Shown in pieces: positions 54,430 through 63,579 of a stretch of DNA of 64,000 bases (the stretch's first letter is position 1; each line of letters starts with the position of its first letter). Under the pieces are notes generated by a model. That model saw only the letters and a list, made by a program, of their open reading frames with translations, searched no databases and was not told the origin of the DNA. Source of the stretch: an uncultured Acidimicrobiia bacterium (GTDB lineage: Bacteria > Acidobacteriota > Vicinamibacteria > Vicinamibacterales > SCN-69-37); contig CBINOO010000001.1 of NCBI GenBank assembly GCA_966252305.1, positions 203,289 to 267,288 of the forward strand. Reading direction: 5' to 3'. The position numbers and the translations under genes are program-made.

Positions 54430-54659
54430 TCCAGCCCGATCCGGCGGCGGAAGGCCCGGGCCCTGCTGAACTCGTCATCGCGCCAGGCGAGGTCGTACTT
54501 CTCCGCCCAGCGGAACACGAACTCGCGCGGACTCTCGCAGAACATGTAGGCCGCCTGAAGTGGTGGCAGTTCGCCGCAGACCTCGGCCCAGCTTCGCGAC
54601 AGGTGGATGCGGCAGAGCGCGTCAACCTTGAACGCCCATTCATCAAAGGTGGTCGTCAT
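54426..54659 (-). CDS. hypothetical 77-aa Trp-rich protein, first gene of the hldC-mfd operon
   Basis: Its TGA overlaps the GTG of the next gene as GTGA (54426-54429). No family recognised. Composition is similar to its neighbours. Confidence 0.45.
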   Translation of the reverse strand: MTTTFDEWAFKVDALCRIHLSRSWAEVCGELPPLQAAYMFCESPREFVFRWAEKYDLAWRDDEFSRARAFRRRIGLE

Positions 54660-54700
54660 TACATTGGCCCCGGTAGGGTCGAGGATAGCACTCGATGTGG

Positions 54701-54722
54701 CGTCAATACGTTAGTATTGACG
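54701..54722. promoter_or_regulatory. perfect 9-bp inverted repeat CGTCAATAC-GTTA-GTATTGACG, candidate operator in a divergent control region
   Basis: Arms 54701-54709 and 54714-54722. It ends 7 nt before the TTG start of the RHH gene, in a 70-bp AT-richer spacer shared with the divergent 77-aa ORF. Confidence 0.45.
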
Positions 54723-54729
54723 TAAATAT

Positions 54730-55218
54730 TTGGCTAAGACTCAGCAGCTCCAGATTCGGGTATCAGCGGCTCAAAAGGCTCTCCTTAAGAAACGCGCCGC
54801 CGCCGCCGGGCTGGACGTGTCGACGTTTGTGCTGCGAAGGGCCCTGGTCGACCTGGAGGCACAGCTTGAAGATCTGCTGGCGTTGCTGGCCGATGAGCGC
54901 GAACCCAGGACCACGTTGGCCCGGATCAGCGGATTGCTGGGATCGCTCGATTCGGCCTCGTTTCGCGAACTGACCGCCGCCCTTGACGTCTCGCGCCTGG
55001 CGCCCTTCCACCAGAACTATCTGGCAGCCATGGCTGAGTACCGGGCGAATCAGTTGGGGCTGCCGGCGCCGCGGTGGACGATGGGCGTGCCGGCGTTGGG
55101 TGAGCCGTATTTCCCGGCGGGCACGGACCGGGTGCGACCGTATCTGATGCGTGCGGCGCCTGTGGTGTTCAAGCGGCGCAACCTCTTTGTGGATGCCAGT
55201 GTGGGGGACCACCTCTGA
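54730..55218 (+). CDS. ribbon-helix-helix (CopG/antitoxin-like) N-terminal domain protein with ~115-aa C-terminal extension
   Basis: TTG start. LQIRVSAAQKALLKKRAAAAGLDVSTFVLRRAL fits a beta-strand/helix/helix RHH pattern. Its stop overlaps the next start (TGATG). Confidence 0.55.
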   Translation: MAKTQQLQIRVSAAQKALLKKRAAAAGLDVSTFVLRRALVDLEAQLEDLLALLADEREPRTTLARISGLLGSLDSASFRELTAALDVSRLAPFHQNYLAAMAEYRANQLGLPAPRWTMGVPALGEPYFPAGTDRVRPYLMRAAPVVFKRRNLFVDASVGDHL

Positions 55219-55802
55219 TGGCGGCTGTGCGATTGACCCGTTCCGACATCACGCGCCTCTTTGAGTTGCTCAATGATGAACTTTCCTCACGCGGCGTCAC
55301 CGGCGAGGTGTATGTCGTGGGGGGCGCGGTCATGTGCCTCGCGTTTGGTGCCCGTGATGTCACCCAGGGCGTGGACGCGTTGCTGGAGCCGTCTGCCGTG
55401 GTGCGTGAGGCAGCATCGCGAGTGGCGACGGTGTCGAGTGTGGACCCGGCGTGGCTCAACGACGCGGTGAGGACGTTCCTCAGTTCAAAAGGGCAGTACG
55501 AGCCGTACCTCGAGCTCAGCCACCTGAAGGTCTTCACCGCGCATCCACACTACCTGCTGGCGCTCAAGTGCGTCGGACTGCGACTGGCTGAGGAGTTCCA
55601 CGATCTCGACGACCTTCGCTACCTGCTTCGACACTTGGACATTCGTTCGGCGGAGGAGGCCCTGGCCATCGTCGCGCGATACGTCGACCTCGGGCGCGTG
55701 CCGAGACGAACGCACGTGCTGCTGGACTCGCTGGTCGAAGGCGGCACGCCGCGCGTGCGTGATCTGATCCGGCGCTTCGCAACGCCCAAGCCCCGGGCGT
55801 GA
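55218..55802 (+). CDS. minimal nucleotidyltransferase-fold protein (DUF6036 / AbiEii-like family)
   Basis: EVYVVGGAVMCLAFGARDVTQGVDAL fits the GG-x(n)-D/E-x-D NTase pattern; the usual DxD reads GVD here. WLNDA and a helical C-terminal half are as in this family. Called by eye. Confidence 0.5.
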   Translation: MAAVRLTRSDITRLFELLNDELSSRGVTGEVYVVGGAVMCLAFGARDVTQGVDALLEPSAVVREAASRVATVSSVDPAWLNDAVRTFLSSKGQYEPYLELSHLKVFTAHPHYLLALKCVGLRLAEEFHDLDDLRYLLRHLDIRSAEEALAIVARYVDLGRVPRRTHVLLDSLVEGGTPRVRDLIRRFATPKPRA

Positions 55803-55820
55803 TGTCCGTGGGGCCGCCCC

Positions 55821-55889
55821 CCGACGGAAAGTGGGGCGGGCCTCCGACGGAATGTGGGTCGAGCCTTCGATGGAAAGTGGGGCGGGCCT
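55821..55889. repeat. three abutting 23-bp direct repeats (CCGACGGAAAGTGGGGCGGGCCT-like)
   Basis: Copies at 55821-55843, 55844-55866 and 55867-55889. Copy 1 vs copy 3 has 2 mismatches; copy 1 vs copy 2 has 3 mismatches. Between convergent genes. Confidence 0.85.
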
Positions 55890-55900
55890 TCAGGCCCGCC
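55881..55900. terminator. GC hairpin GGCGGGCC-TTCA-GGCCCGCC, possible bidirectional terminator
   Basis: Perfect 8-bp stem with a 4-nt loop, formed by the end of repeat copy 3 plus the following bases. No U-tract on either strand. Confidence 0.45.
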
Positions 55901-55937
55901 GAACAGTTCTCACAGGAGACGCGGAGGCACGGAGCAC

Positions 55938-57929
55938 TCAACTCAAAAGAGTCGGCACACCAACGCTCGTGAGGTAGTCAAACGTCGCATCGTAGAACTC
56001 AGGCAGCCGTGTCGGATCGCTCGCGCTGCCGGGAGGCACAAAGATCACCATCCCCTGACGCGCCCTCGTCAGAAGCACACGATACGCGTTCTTGAGGAAC
56101 GCTCTGCGACCGGGGTTGTGTACGTTCTGCCACCGACTCCCTCTGAACGAGTGATAACTCCACTCGTCGTCCGAGACTCGCAGATCCGCGTCCCAGGTGA
56201 CACAGGCCCAGTCGAGCTCGAGGCCTTGGACCTGGAATTCCGTCGCGGCATCTTCGAGATAGAAGCTGGACCGCGTATCCGCTGCGTCGTTCAGGAACCA
56301 CTTCACTGGATCGACGTCAACCCGGACGTCGACCGCATGCGGCTTCAGCCGTTGCGCGCCCGACGATGCGACCAGACCGTAGCGCTCGCTGCCCCGCGCA
56401 TGCATCCGCACCCACTCCTTGGCACGTTCAAGGTCTCTCGTTACACAAATCGGATAACGGGTGCCAAGCCTGGCAAGCGTGTGCCCGGCATCCGATCGTT
56501 CCCTGTCGAGTACAGCCTTTACGAAGTGTGAGACGTGCTCCGCGCGGAAAGACCGCATCGAGACCGACAGGTGCAGGCCGGTTCGTTCGTGAATCGTGGC
56601 TCTGGTCTTGAGTTGATTAATCGCTTCAACAGCGTCGTATTCTGAATCGTTCAGCGACGGTGAAATGTAGATCTCCCAGTGGGTGAACGACGCCTGCAGC
56701 GCGGCCAGCCATTCCGAGATTCCGCCCTCGCCTCGATTGATTTCCTGGCCTCCGCCAACCAGGCAGATGATGACCGCCCAGTCGAGATGACGATCCATGT
56801 AGGAGATCAGGAACGCGGGCTCTGAATACTCGAAACCGGGACGTCCCTTCTTCCGCTTCATGAAGTCTGCCGTCATCGACAGATTCCAGGCACGTTGTGC
56901 CTCATCGAAGATCACGACGTGGTCCACTGGTGGTCCAGAGGTGTTCACGCCGTCGTCGCGAAAGTGGTGCACGTTCTGGATGAATGCCTTGACCTGCTGA
57001 AGAACCTTGCCTTGGCGGAGCGCGCGGCCAGACAATCGTGCGCGTTTCACCTCGTCCCTCGCGAGGGCGTGACTCAGGACTTTGACCAACGGACCGTTGC
57101 CGGAGAGAAACACCGCATGCGCGCGTTCGGTCTCGGTCCGATGCATCGTCGCCACGTTGAGGCCCACCAGCGTCTTGCCTGCTCCAGGAACCCCAGTCAC
57201 AAACACGATGGCCTTCTGCTTCTGTGACCTCGCGCGTTCGATGATGTCTTCGATGTGAGATACGGTGACCGTCAGGTTCTCTCCGGCTTCGGATGCCGCG
57301 ATGGCTTGCACGGTGTGCCGAGAGTAGAGCGCCTGTGCGGCTTCGATGATCGTTGGCGTTGGATGGTACGGAGCGTCTGCCCAGCGTTGGGCGTCTATGG
57401 GAGCGCCCGCGACTCGTGAGAGACCGACGTGCAGGCAGGCGCGAAGTTCCGATGGCGTGCAATGTACCGGCGGATACACACCATCGGCGGCTGCTTCGTG
57501 CATCACAGCGCCGACCGATTGCGCCTCGGTGGCCACGAGGATGGGAACGATGGCGGCCGAGTGGCTTGCCTTGTGAAAGTTCTTGAGGTCGAGAGCATAA
57601 TCCCAGACCTGGTTGTGATCGTCCTTCAGAAATCGGTGTTCACCGACCTTGAACTCGATCACGAAAACGATCGGACCGGCGAGTACGACCGCGTCGATGC
57701 GGCTGCCGACTCGGGGAACGTCGAACTCGAGGAACACCGCTGCGCCATCCAGGCCTTGAAGCGCGTCTCGCAGGATTGCAATTTCCTGGCGCCAGGCGTC
57801 CCGTTGCGTAATGTCGATATTGAACGGGCTGGCTGCTGCCAGAGCACCAAGTACCGCGTCGTCGGATTCACGGCGGAACGTGTCAACCGGCGATGCGTAG
57901 TGTGCTCGAGGTGTGACCAGAGCCGACAT
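55938..57929 (-). CDS. DUF2075-type P-loop NTPase/helicase-like protein with N-terminal PD-(D/E)xK-like nuclease domain
   Basis: RIDAVVLAGPIVFVIEFKVGE (D...ExK). Walker A VTGVPGAGKTLVG. Walker B VVIFDEAQRAW. The N-terminus (HYASPVDTFRRESDDAVLGALAAA) is as in DUF2075 proteins. GC is lower than its neighbours on hand-counted lines. Confidence 0.7.
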   Translation of the reverse strand: MSALVTPRAHYASPVDTFRRESDDAVLGALAAASPFNIDITQRDAWRQEIAILRDALQGLDGAAVFLEFDVPRVGSRIDAVVLAGPIVFVIEFKVGEHRFLKDDHNQVWDYALDLKNFHKASHSAAIVPILVATEAQSVGAVMHEAAADGVYPPVHCTPSELRACLHVGLSRVAGAPIDAQRWADAPYHPTPTIIEAAQALYSRHTVQAIAASEAGENLTVTVSHIEDIIERARSQKQKAIVFVTGVPGAGKTLVGLNVATMHRTETERAHAVFLSGNGPLVKVLSHALARDEVKRARLSGRALRQGKVLQQVKAFIQNVHHFRDDGVNTSGPPVDHVVIFDEAQRAWNLSMTADFMKRKKGRPGFEYSEPAFLISYMDRHLDWAVIICLVGGGQEINRGEGGISEWLAALQASFTHWEIYISPSLNDSEYDAVEAINQLKTRATIHERTGLHLSVSMRSFRAEHVSHFVKAVLDRERSDAGHTLARLGTRYPICVTRDLERAKEWVRMHARGSERYGLVASSGAQRLKPHAVDVRVDVDPVKWFLNDAADTRSSFYLEDAATEFQVQGLELDWACVTWDADLRVSDDEWSYHSFRGSRWQNVHNPGRRAFLKNAYRVLLTRARQGMVIFVPPGSASDPTRLPEFYDATFDYLTSVGVPTLLS

Positions 57930-57931
57930 CC

Positions 57932-59266
57932 CTATTTCGGCGGCTTGAACCTGACCGTGCTGGAGAACTTCCAGTTGTGCTTCGGGCGGTAGATGCCGAC
58001 GTCCTTGATGCGGGACTTCACCCGGAACGTGTGGAGCAGCCGATGGTAATCGTAGGGCGCGCCATCGCGTTTGTGCACCGCCACGTCGAGTTTGTAGGTG
58101 CCTTCGACCAGGTCCAGCGACTCGATGTTGAGCGTGACGAGCGACTCGCCCTCGAGGCGATCGGACTCCAGTTCTTCGATGTCCGTGTTCGTGCCGTACA
58201 CGGGGACGCCGTCTGCGGTGAAGATGCCGATACCAAACACGAAGTCGCGCACGGGCGCCGCGGCCTTCACGGCGAGCTGCACCTGCATGGCCTCACCAGT
58301 ATGAAACACCTGTGTCGGCTGCCCATCCGCAGTGCGGAACTCGACGGACGAAATCTCCACGCCGCCCGATCCCCATCGGCCTTCGCCGGCCATGTTCATG
58401 TCGGCGGCGACCTCGGTGGCGTCTACGGGCTTTGCCACATCGTCGACAGCTGCGTCACCTGAAGCGCCGGCAGCTTCCTTCGCCTTCGCGTCCGCCTGCC
58501 GCAGGAACTGTTCCTCCTGCCTGGCGACATCAGTGACATAGATGCCAACGACGCGTTTCGGATCGCCTTCGGCCTTCTTCTCTCCGGCATCAAGCCACAC
58601 GGCCTCGTCGCAGAAACGCTCGACCAGCCCGAGCGAGTGCGTCACCAGGAGAATGGTCTTGCCGCGACGCTTGAACTCGCCGAACTTGTCGAGGCACTTG
58701 TGCGTGAAGCCCTCGTCACCGACCGCGAGCACTTCATCAACGAGGAGTACCTCAGGATCAACATGGATGGCGACGGCGAATCCCAGTCGCATGTACATGC
58801 CCGAGGAGTACGTCTTGACCGGAGCGTCAATGAAGTCCTTGAGCTCGGCGAACTCGACGATCTCGTCGAAGCGCTTATGAATCTCGCGCTTCGACAGGCC
58901 CAGCATGATGCCGTTGATGAAGACATTCTCTCGGCCGGAAATCTCGGGATGGAATCCGGCACCAAGCTCGATCAGCGCAGAGATCCGCCCACGGACGTGC
59001 ACCTGACCCTCGTTGGGTTTGGTGATGCCGGCCACCAGCTTGAGTGTCGTGCTCTTGCCGGAACCGTTGCGTCCAACGACTCCGTAGGTGCACCCCTTCG
59101 GCACTTCGAACGAAACGTTCTTCAGCGCCTGAAAGGTCTCTTCTGGCCGCAGCTGCTTGACCAGATCGCCGGACAGCAGAGCGCTCTTCAGCGTGGAAAA
59201 TTGTCGGCCGCCATAACGACGATAGGTCTTTGAAACGTTGATGAGCTCGATTGCCGGAGTGCTCAT
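57932..59266 (-). CDS. polysaccharide/O-antigen-type ABC exporter ATP-binding protein (Wzt/TagH-like) with C-terminal extension
   Basis: Walker A GRNGSGKST, signature YSSGMYMRLGFA, Walker B LLVDEVLAVGD. About 190 aa of C-terminal beta-rich domain. Confidence 0.8.
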   Translation of the reverse strand: MSTPAIELINVSKTYRRYGGRQFSTLKSALLSGDLVKQLRPEETFQALKNVSFEVPKGCTYGVVGRNGSGKSTTLKLVAGITKPNEGQVHVRGRISALIELGAGFHPEISGRENVFINGIMLGLSKREIHKRFDEIVEFAELKDFIDAPVKTYSSGMYMRLGFAVAIHVDPEVLLVDEVLAVGDEGFTHKCLDKFGEFKRRGKTILLVTHSLGLVERFCDEAVWLDAGEKKAEGDPKRVVGIYVTDVARQEEQFLRQADAKAKEAAGASGDAAVDDVAKPVDATEVAADMNMAGEGRWGSGGVEISSVEFRTADGQPTQVFHTGEAMQVQLAVKAAAPVRDFVFGIGIFTADGVPVYGTNTDIEELESDRLEGESLVTLNIESLDLVEGTYKLDVAVHKRDGAPYDYHRLLHTFRVKSRIKDVGIYRPKHNWKFSSTVRFKPPK

Positions 59267-60057
59267 ACGGCCTCCGCAAATGAGTCACGCAGCCGGTCGA
59301 AGACCCAATAGGCCGCAAGGAAGGCCACGACGGAGGCGAAGCCCAGCGCCAGCAACCACCATTTGTGACCGAAGGGACCGTCGAAGAAGAGAATCTCCTG
59401 ATACGAAATCGCGAGGTGCGAGAACGGATTGAGATCGAAGTAGAACTTGTACTTCTGAAAATCCGGGTCGTTGTACCAGTAGATGATCGGCGTCGCGAAG
59501 AACCAGAACGTCAACAGATTCGCCACAAGATCCTTCACGTCGCGAAAATGGACGGCCAGTGCGGAAAGCAGCAGGGCCAGCGCCGAAGTGAAGACGAACT
59601 GGACAGCGACCACGGCGATGAACCAGGGCAACTCGATCCAGTCAGGCGTGACGCTGTAGTACGCCATGAAGGCAATCAGGATCGGCAGGCCGAATAGGAA
59701 GTGCACCATGTTCGCGATGATGGTCACCAGCGGAAGCACTTCGGCGGGGAAGAGGACCTTCTTGATGAGATTGCCTCCCGCGATCAGCGAGCCGGTGGCT
59801 TCATTGATCGAGGACTGAAACCACGTCCACGGCAACAGCGCCGTGAACATGAACACGGCATAGGGCTGCACGCCTTCGGCACGGTTCTTCAAGAGATAGG
59901 TGAAGACGAAGCTGTAGATCGAGAGCAGCATCAGCGGGTTCACAAACGACCAGAAGAACCCGAGCACTGAACCGCGATATCGCGCCTTGAGGTCGCGCGC
60001 CACCAGGGTCTGAATCAGACCTCGATATCGGAAAAGTTTCTGCAGACTCTCAAACAT
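59263..60057 (-). CDS. ABC-2 type exporter permease (Wzm/TagG-like)
   Basis: 264 aa with six hydrophobic helices. ATGA overlap with the ATPase gene. Typical start LIQTLVARDLKARYRGSVLGFFW. Confidence 0.8.
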   Translation of the reverse strand: MFESLQKLFRYRGLIQTLVARDLKARYRGSVLGFFWSFVNPLMLLSIYSFVFTYLLKNRAEGVQPYAVFMFTALLPWTWFQSSINEATGSLIAGGNLIKKVLFPAEVLPLVTIIANMVHFLFGLPILIAFMAYYSVTPDWIELPWFIAVVAVQFVFTSALALLLSALAVHFRDVKDLVANLLTFWFFATPIIYWYNDPDFQKYKFYFDLNPFSHLAISYQEILFFDGPFGHKWWLLALGFASVVAFLAAYWVFDRLRDSFAEAV

Positions 60058-60835
60058 CGATGCGCACCAGCACGACGGTGATGTTGTCCGGCCCGCCGGC
60101 AGTATTGGCCGCAGAGATCAGCGCTGACGCAGTCGCCTCGAGATTCCTGGCGCCGCGCTCACCATCATTGAGCAGCGTCTGCATGTCCTCGATGCCGACG
60201 ACCGACGAAAGTCCGTCCGAACACACCAGCAGCACGTCTCCAGCCATCACTGGCACTTCACGAACGTCCACCTCCGGGTCATCGCCTCCAGAAATGGCTC
60301 GCGTCACGACATTGCGCCATGGATGTCGATGCGCGTCATCGTCGGACAGGAGGCCCGCACGGACCTGCTCGCTGACCCACGAGTGGTCTGTCGTCAGTTG
60401 CTGGAGTACGCCGTCACGCAGGCGGTAGACGCGGCTGTCGCCGACGTGCGCAATACACGCCCTGGCATCGCTCGGGTTGATGAGCACTGCGGCGACAGTC
60501 GTCGCCATCCCTTTGAGGGACGGATTCTCGGCCATCGCAGACGCCACGCGCCGGTTGGCGAGACGGAACGCCGCGATCAGGCGGTTGGCGTCGAGAGACT
60601 TGGAAGTATCGAACGGAAAGGGCCAGGTCTGGTTGAGATCGGCGTCGCGTGAGTCAAAGACGAACGACTCGACTATCTCGACTGTGAGACCGGACGCAAC
60701 CTCACCGGCTTCGTGCCCCCCCATCCCGTCGGCCACCATGAACAGACCGAGGTCGGGACGCGCGCGGAAGGCGTCTTCATTGCTCTCCCGTCGCAGCCCT
60801 GGGTGGGTGACGGCGGCCGCCGAGACCTGCGTCAT
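60050..60835 (-). CDS. PP2C-family Ser/Thr protein phosphatase (Stp-like)
   Basis: THPGLRRESNEDAF, MVADGMGGHEAGEVAS, VCSDGL and GGPDNITVVLV. Confidence 0.85.
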   Translation of the reverse strand: MTQVSAAAVTHPGLRRESNEDAFRARPDLGLFMVADGMGGHEAGEVASGLTVEIVESFVFDSRDADLNQTWPFPFDTSKSLDANRLIAAFRLANRRVASAMAENPSLKGMATTVAAVLINPSDARACIAHVGDSRVYRLRDGVLQQLTTDHSWVSEQVRAGLLSDDDAHRHPWRNVVTRAISGGDDPEVDVREVPVMAGDVLLVCSDGLSSVVGIEDMQTLLNDGERGARNLEATASALISAANTAGGPDNITVVLVRIDV

Positions 60836-60841
60836 CAGGAA

Positions 60842-61251
60842 TCAGCGGCGCCTGGCGTGTTGCGAGACCTGCAGGCGTGTGATGGCGCGCAGCAGCGACA
60901 GCCGCGCGCGCTCGTAGTCAGCCGCGGATCCGCTCTTGCCGACTTCCGCGAGGCGCTCTTCGGCCCGTCGCTTCGCAGCCTCAGCGCGCTGCTGGTCGAT
61001 GTCATCGCCCTTCTCGGCGATGCGGGCGAGAATCGTCACGCGGTCCGGCAGCACTTCCGCGAACCCGAATCCGACGAAGCCATAAAACTTCTCGGATCCC
61101 TTGCGGTACCACATCTCGCCGACCTTCAGGCCGATCAGCATCGGCGTGTGACCGGGAAGGATGCCGACGTAGCCTTCTTCGCCAGGCAACTGGATCTCGT
61201 CCACTTCCTCGTGGGCGATGAGACGTTCCGGGGTGACGAATTCGAGTCGCA

Positions 61252-61252
<1 letters not shown>
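60842..61252 (-). CDS. atpC: F0F1 ATP synthase subunit epsilon
   Basis: MRLEFVTPERLIAHEEVDEIQLPGEEGYVGILPGHTPM. Follows atpD with a 1-nt overlap (TAATG). Confidence 0.9.
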
Positions 61253-62697
<1,445 letters not shown>

Positions 62698-62709
62698 CTA
62701 TGTCCTCAA

Positions 62710-63576
62710 CTACTGAGCCTGAGCGCCCGACACGACTTCGATAATTTCGCGCGTGATCGCGGCCTGCCGAACCTTGTTCATCGTGAGGGTCAGCCCCTCA
62801 ATCATTTCCGCCGAGTTGCGGGTGGCGGCATCCATCGCGGTCATGCGGGCGGCATGTTCGGCCGCTGACGACTCGAGCAGTGCACGCAACACCTGCGCTT
62901 CCACCAATCGCGGCAGCAACTCATCAAAGATGCGCTGCGGCGACGGTTCGTAGAGATAGTCGACGCCGGTGCCGCGTGCGGCATCTGCCTCGATCGCCTG
63001 CATCGGCAGCACCTGCTCCACCACGAGCTTCTGCGCGATCACCGACTTGAACTCGTTGTACACGAGATGCACGCTGTCGACCTTGCCGGCAATGAAGTCG
63101 TCGATCGCGGGCTGCGCAATCGCTTCGGCTTCAGCGAAGGTGATGACCTTCGGCAACGCCGTGTATTCGAAGCGAATCGGGAAACCTCGTCGCCCCAGCG
63201 CTTCGCGGCCCTTCTTGCCGACCAATCCGAGCACAACTTCGCGACCGGGATGCTGCCGCAGAAACTGTCCCACGGTCTTGACGATGTTCGTGTTGAAGCT
63301 GCCGCACAGACCGCGGTCGCTGGTCAACACGATGAGCATCGTGGCGCCGGTCTGCACTCCGGGGCGCTGCTGCAACAGTGGATGTTTCGACTGATCCACG
63401 CGGGCGGCGATGCTCGACAGCACGTGCCGCGCCTGCGCGGCGAACGGACGCGTGCCGACAACGCGTTCCTGCGCGCGACGCAGCTTCGACGCGGCGACCA
63501 TCTTCATCGCCTTCGTGATCTGCTGCGTGTTCTTGACGGCGCGGATGCGCCGACGCATGTCAATCAGTGACGGCAT
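62710..63576 (-). CDS. atpG: F0F1 ATP synthase subunit gamma
   Basis: MPSLIDMRRRIRAVKNTQQITKAMKMVAASKLRRAQ and C-terminal NKVRQAAITREIIEVVSGA. Confidence 0.95.
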   Translation of the reverse strand: MPSLIDMRRRIRAVKNTQQITKAMKMVAASKLRRAQERVVGTRPFAAQARHVLSSIAARVDQSKHPLLQQRPGVQTGATMLIVLTSDRGLCGSFNTNIVKTVGQFLRQHPGREVVLGLVGKKGREALGRRGFPIRFEYTALPKVITFAEAEAIAQPAIDDFIAGKVDSVHLVYNEFKSVIAQKLVVEQVLPMQAIEADAARGTGVDYLYEPSPQRIFDELLPRLVEAQVLRALLESSAAEHAARMTAMDAATRNSAEMIEGLTLTMNKVRQAAITREIIEVVSGAQAQ

Positions 63577-63579
63577 GGC

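Noticed and set aside
55821-55889. The three 23-bp repeats as a mini CRISPR array
   Set aside because: The copies abut directly with no spacers, there are only three, and no cas genes are present.
55821-55900. GGAAAGTGGGGCGGGCC as an RNase P RNA P4-like motif (GGAAAGTCCGGGC)
   Set aside because: The resemblance is only partial. The motif is repeated in tandem, the gap is far too short for an RNase P RNA, and no other conserved RNase P regions are present.
54660-57931. The islet as an integrated mobile element or prophage remnant
   Set aside because: I could recognise no integrase, transposase, tRNA target or flanking direct repeats. It is kept as an accessory islet of unknown origin.
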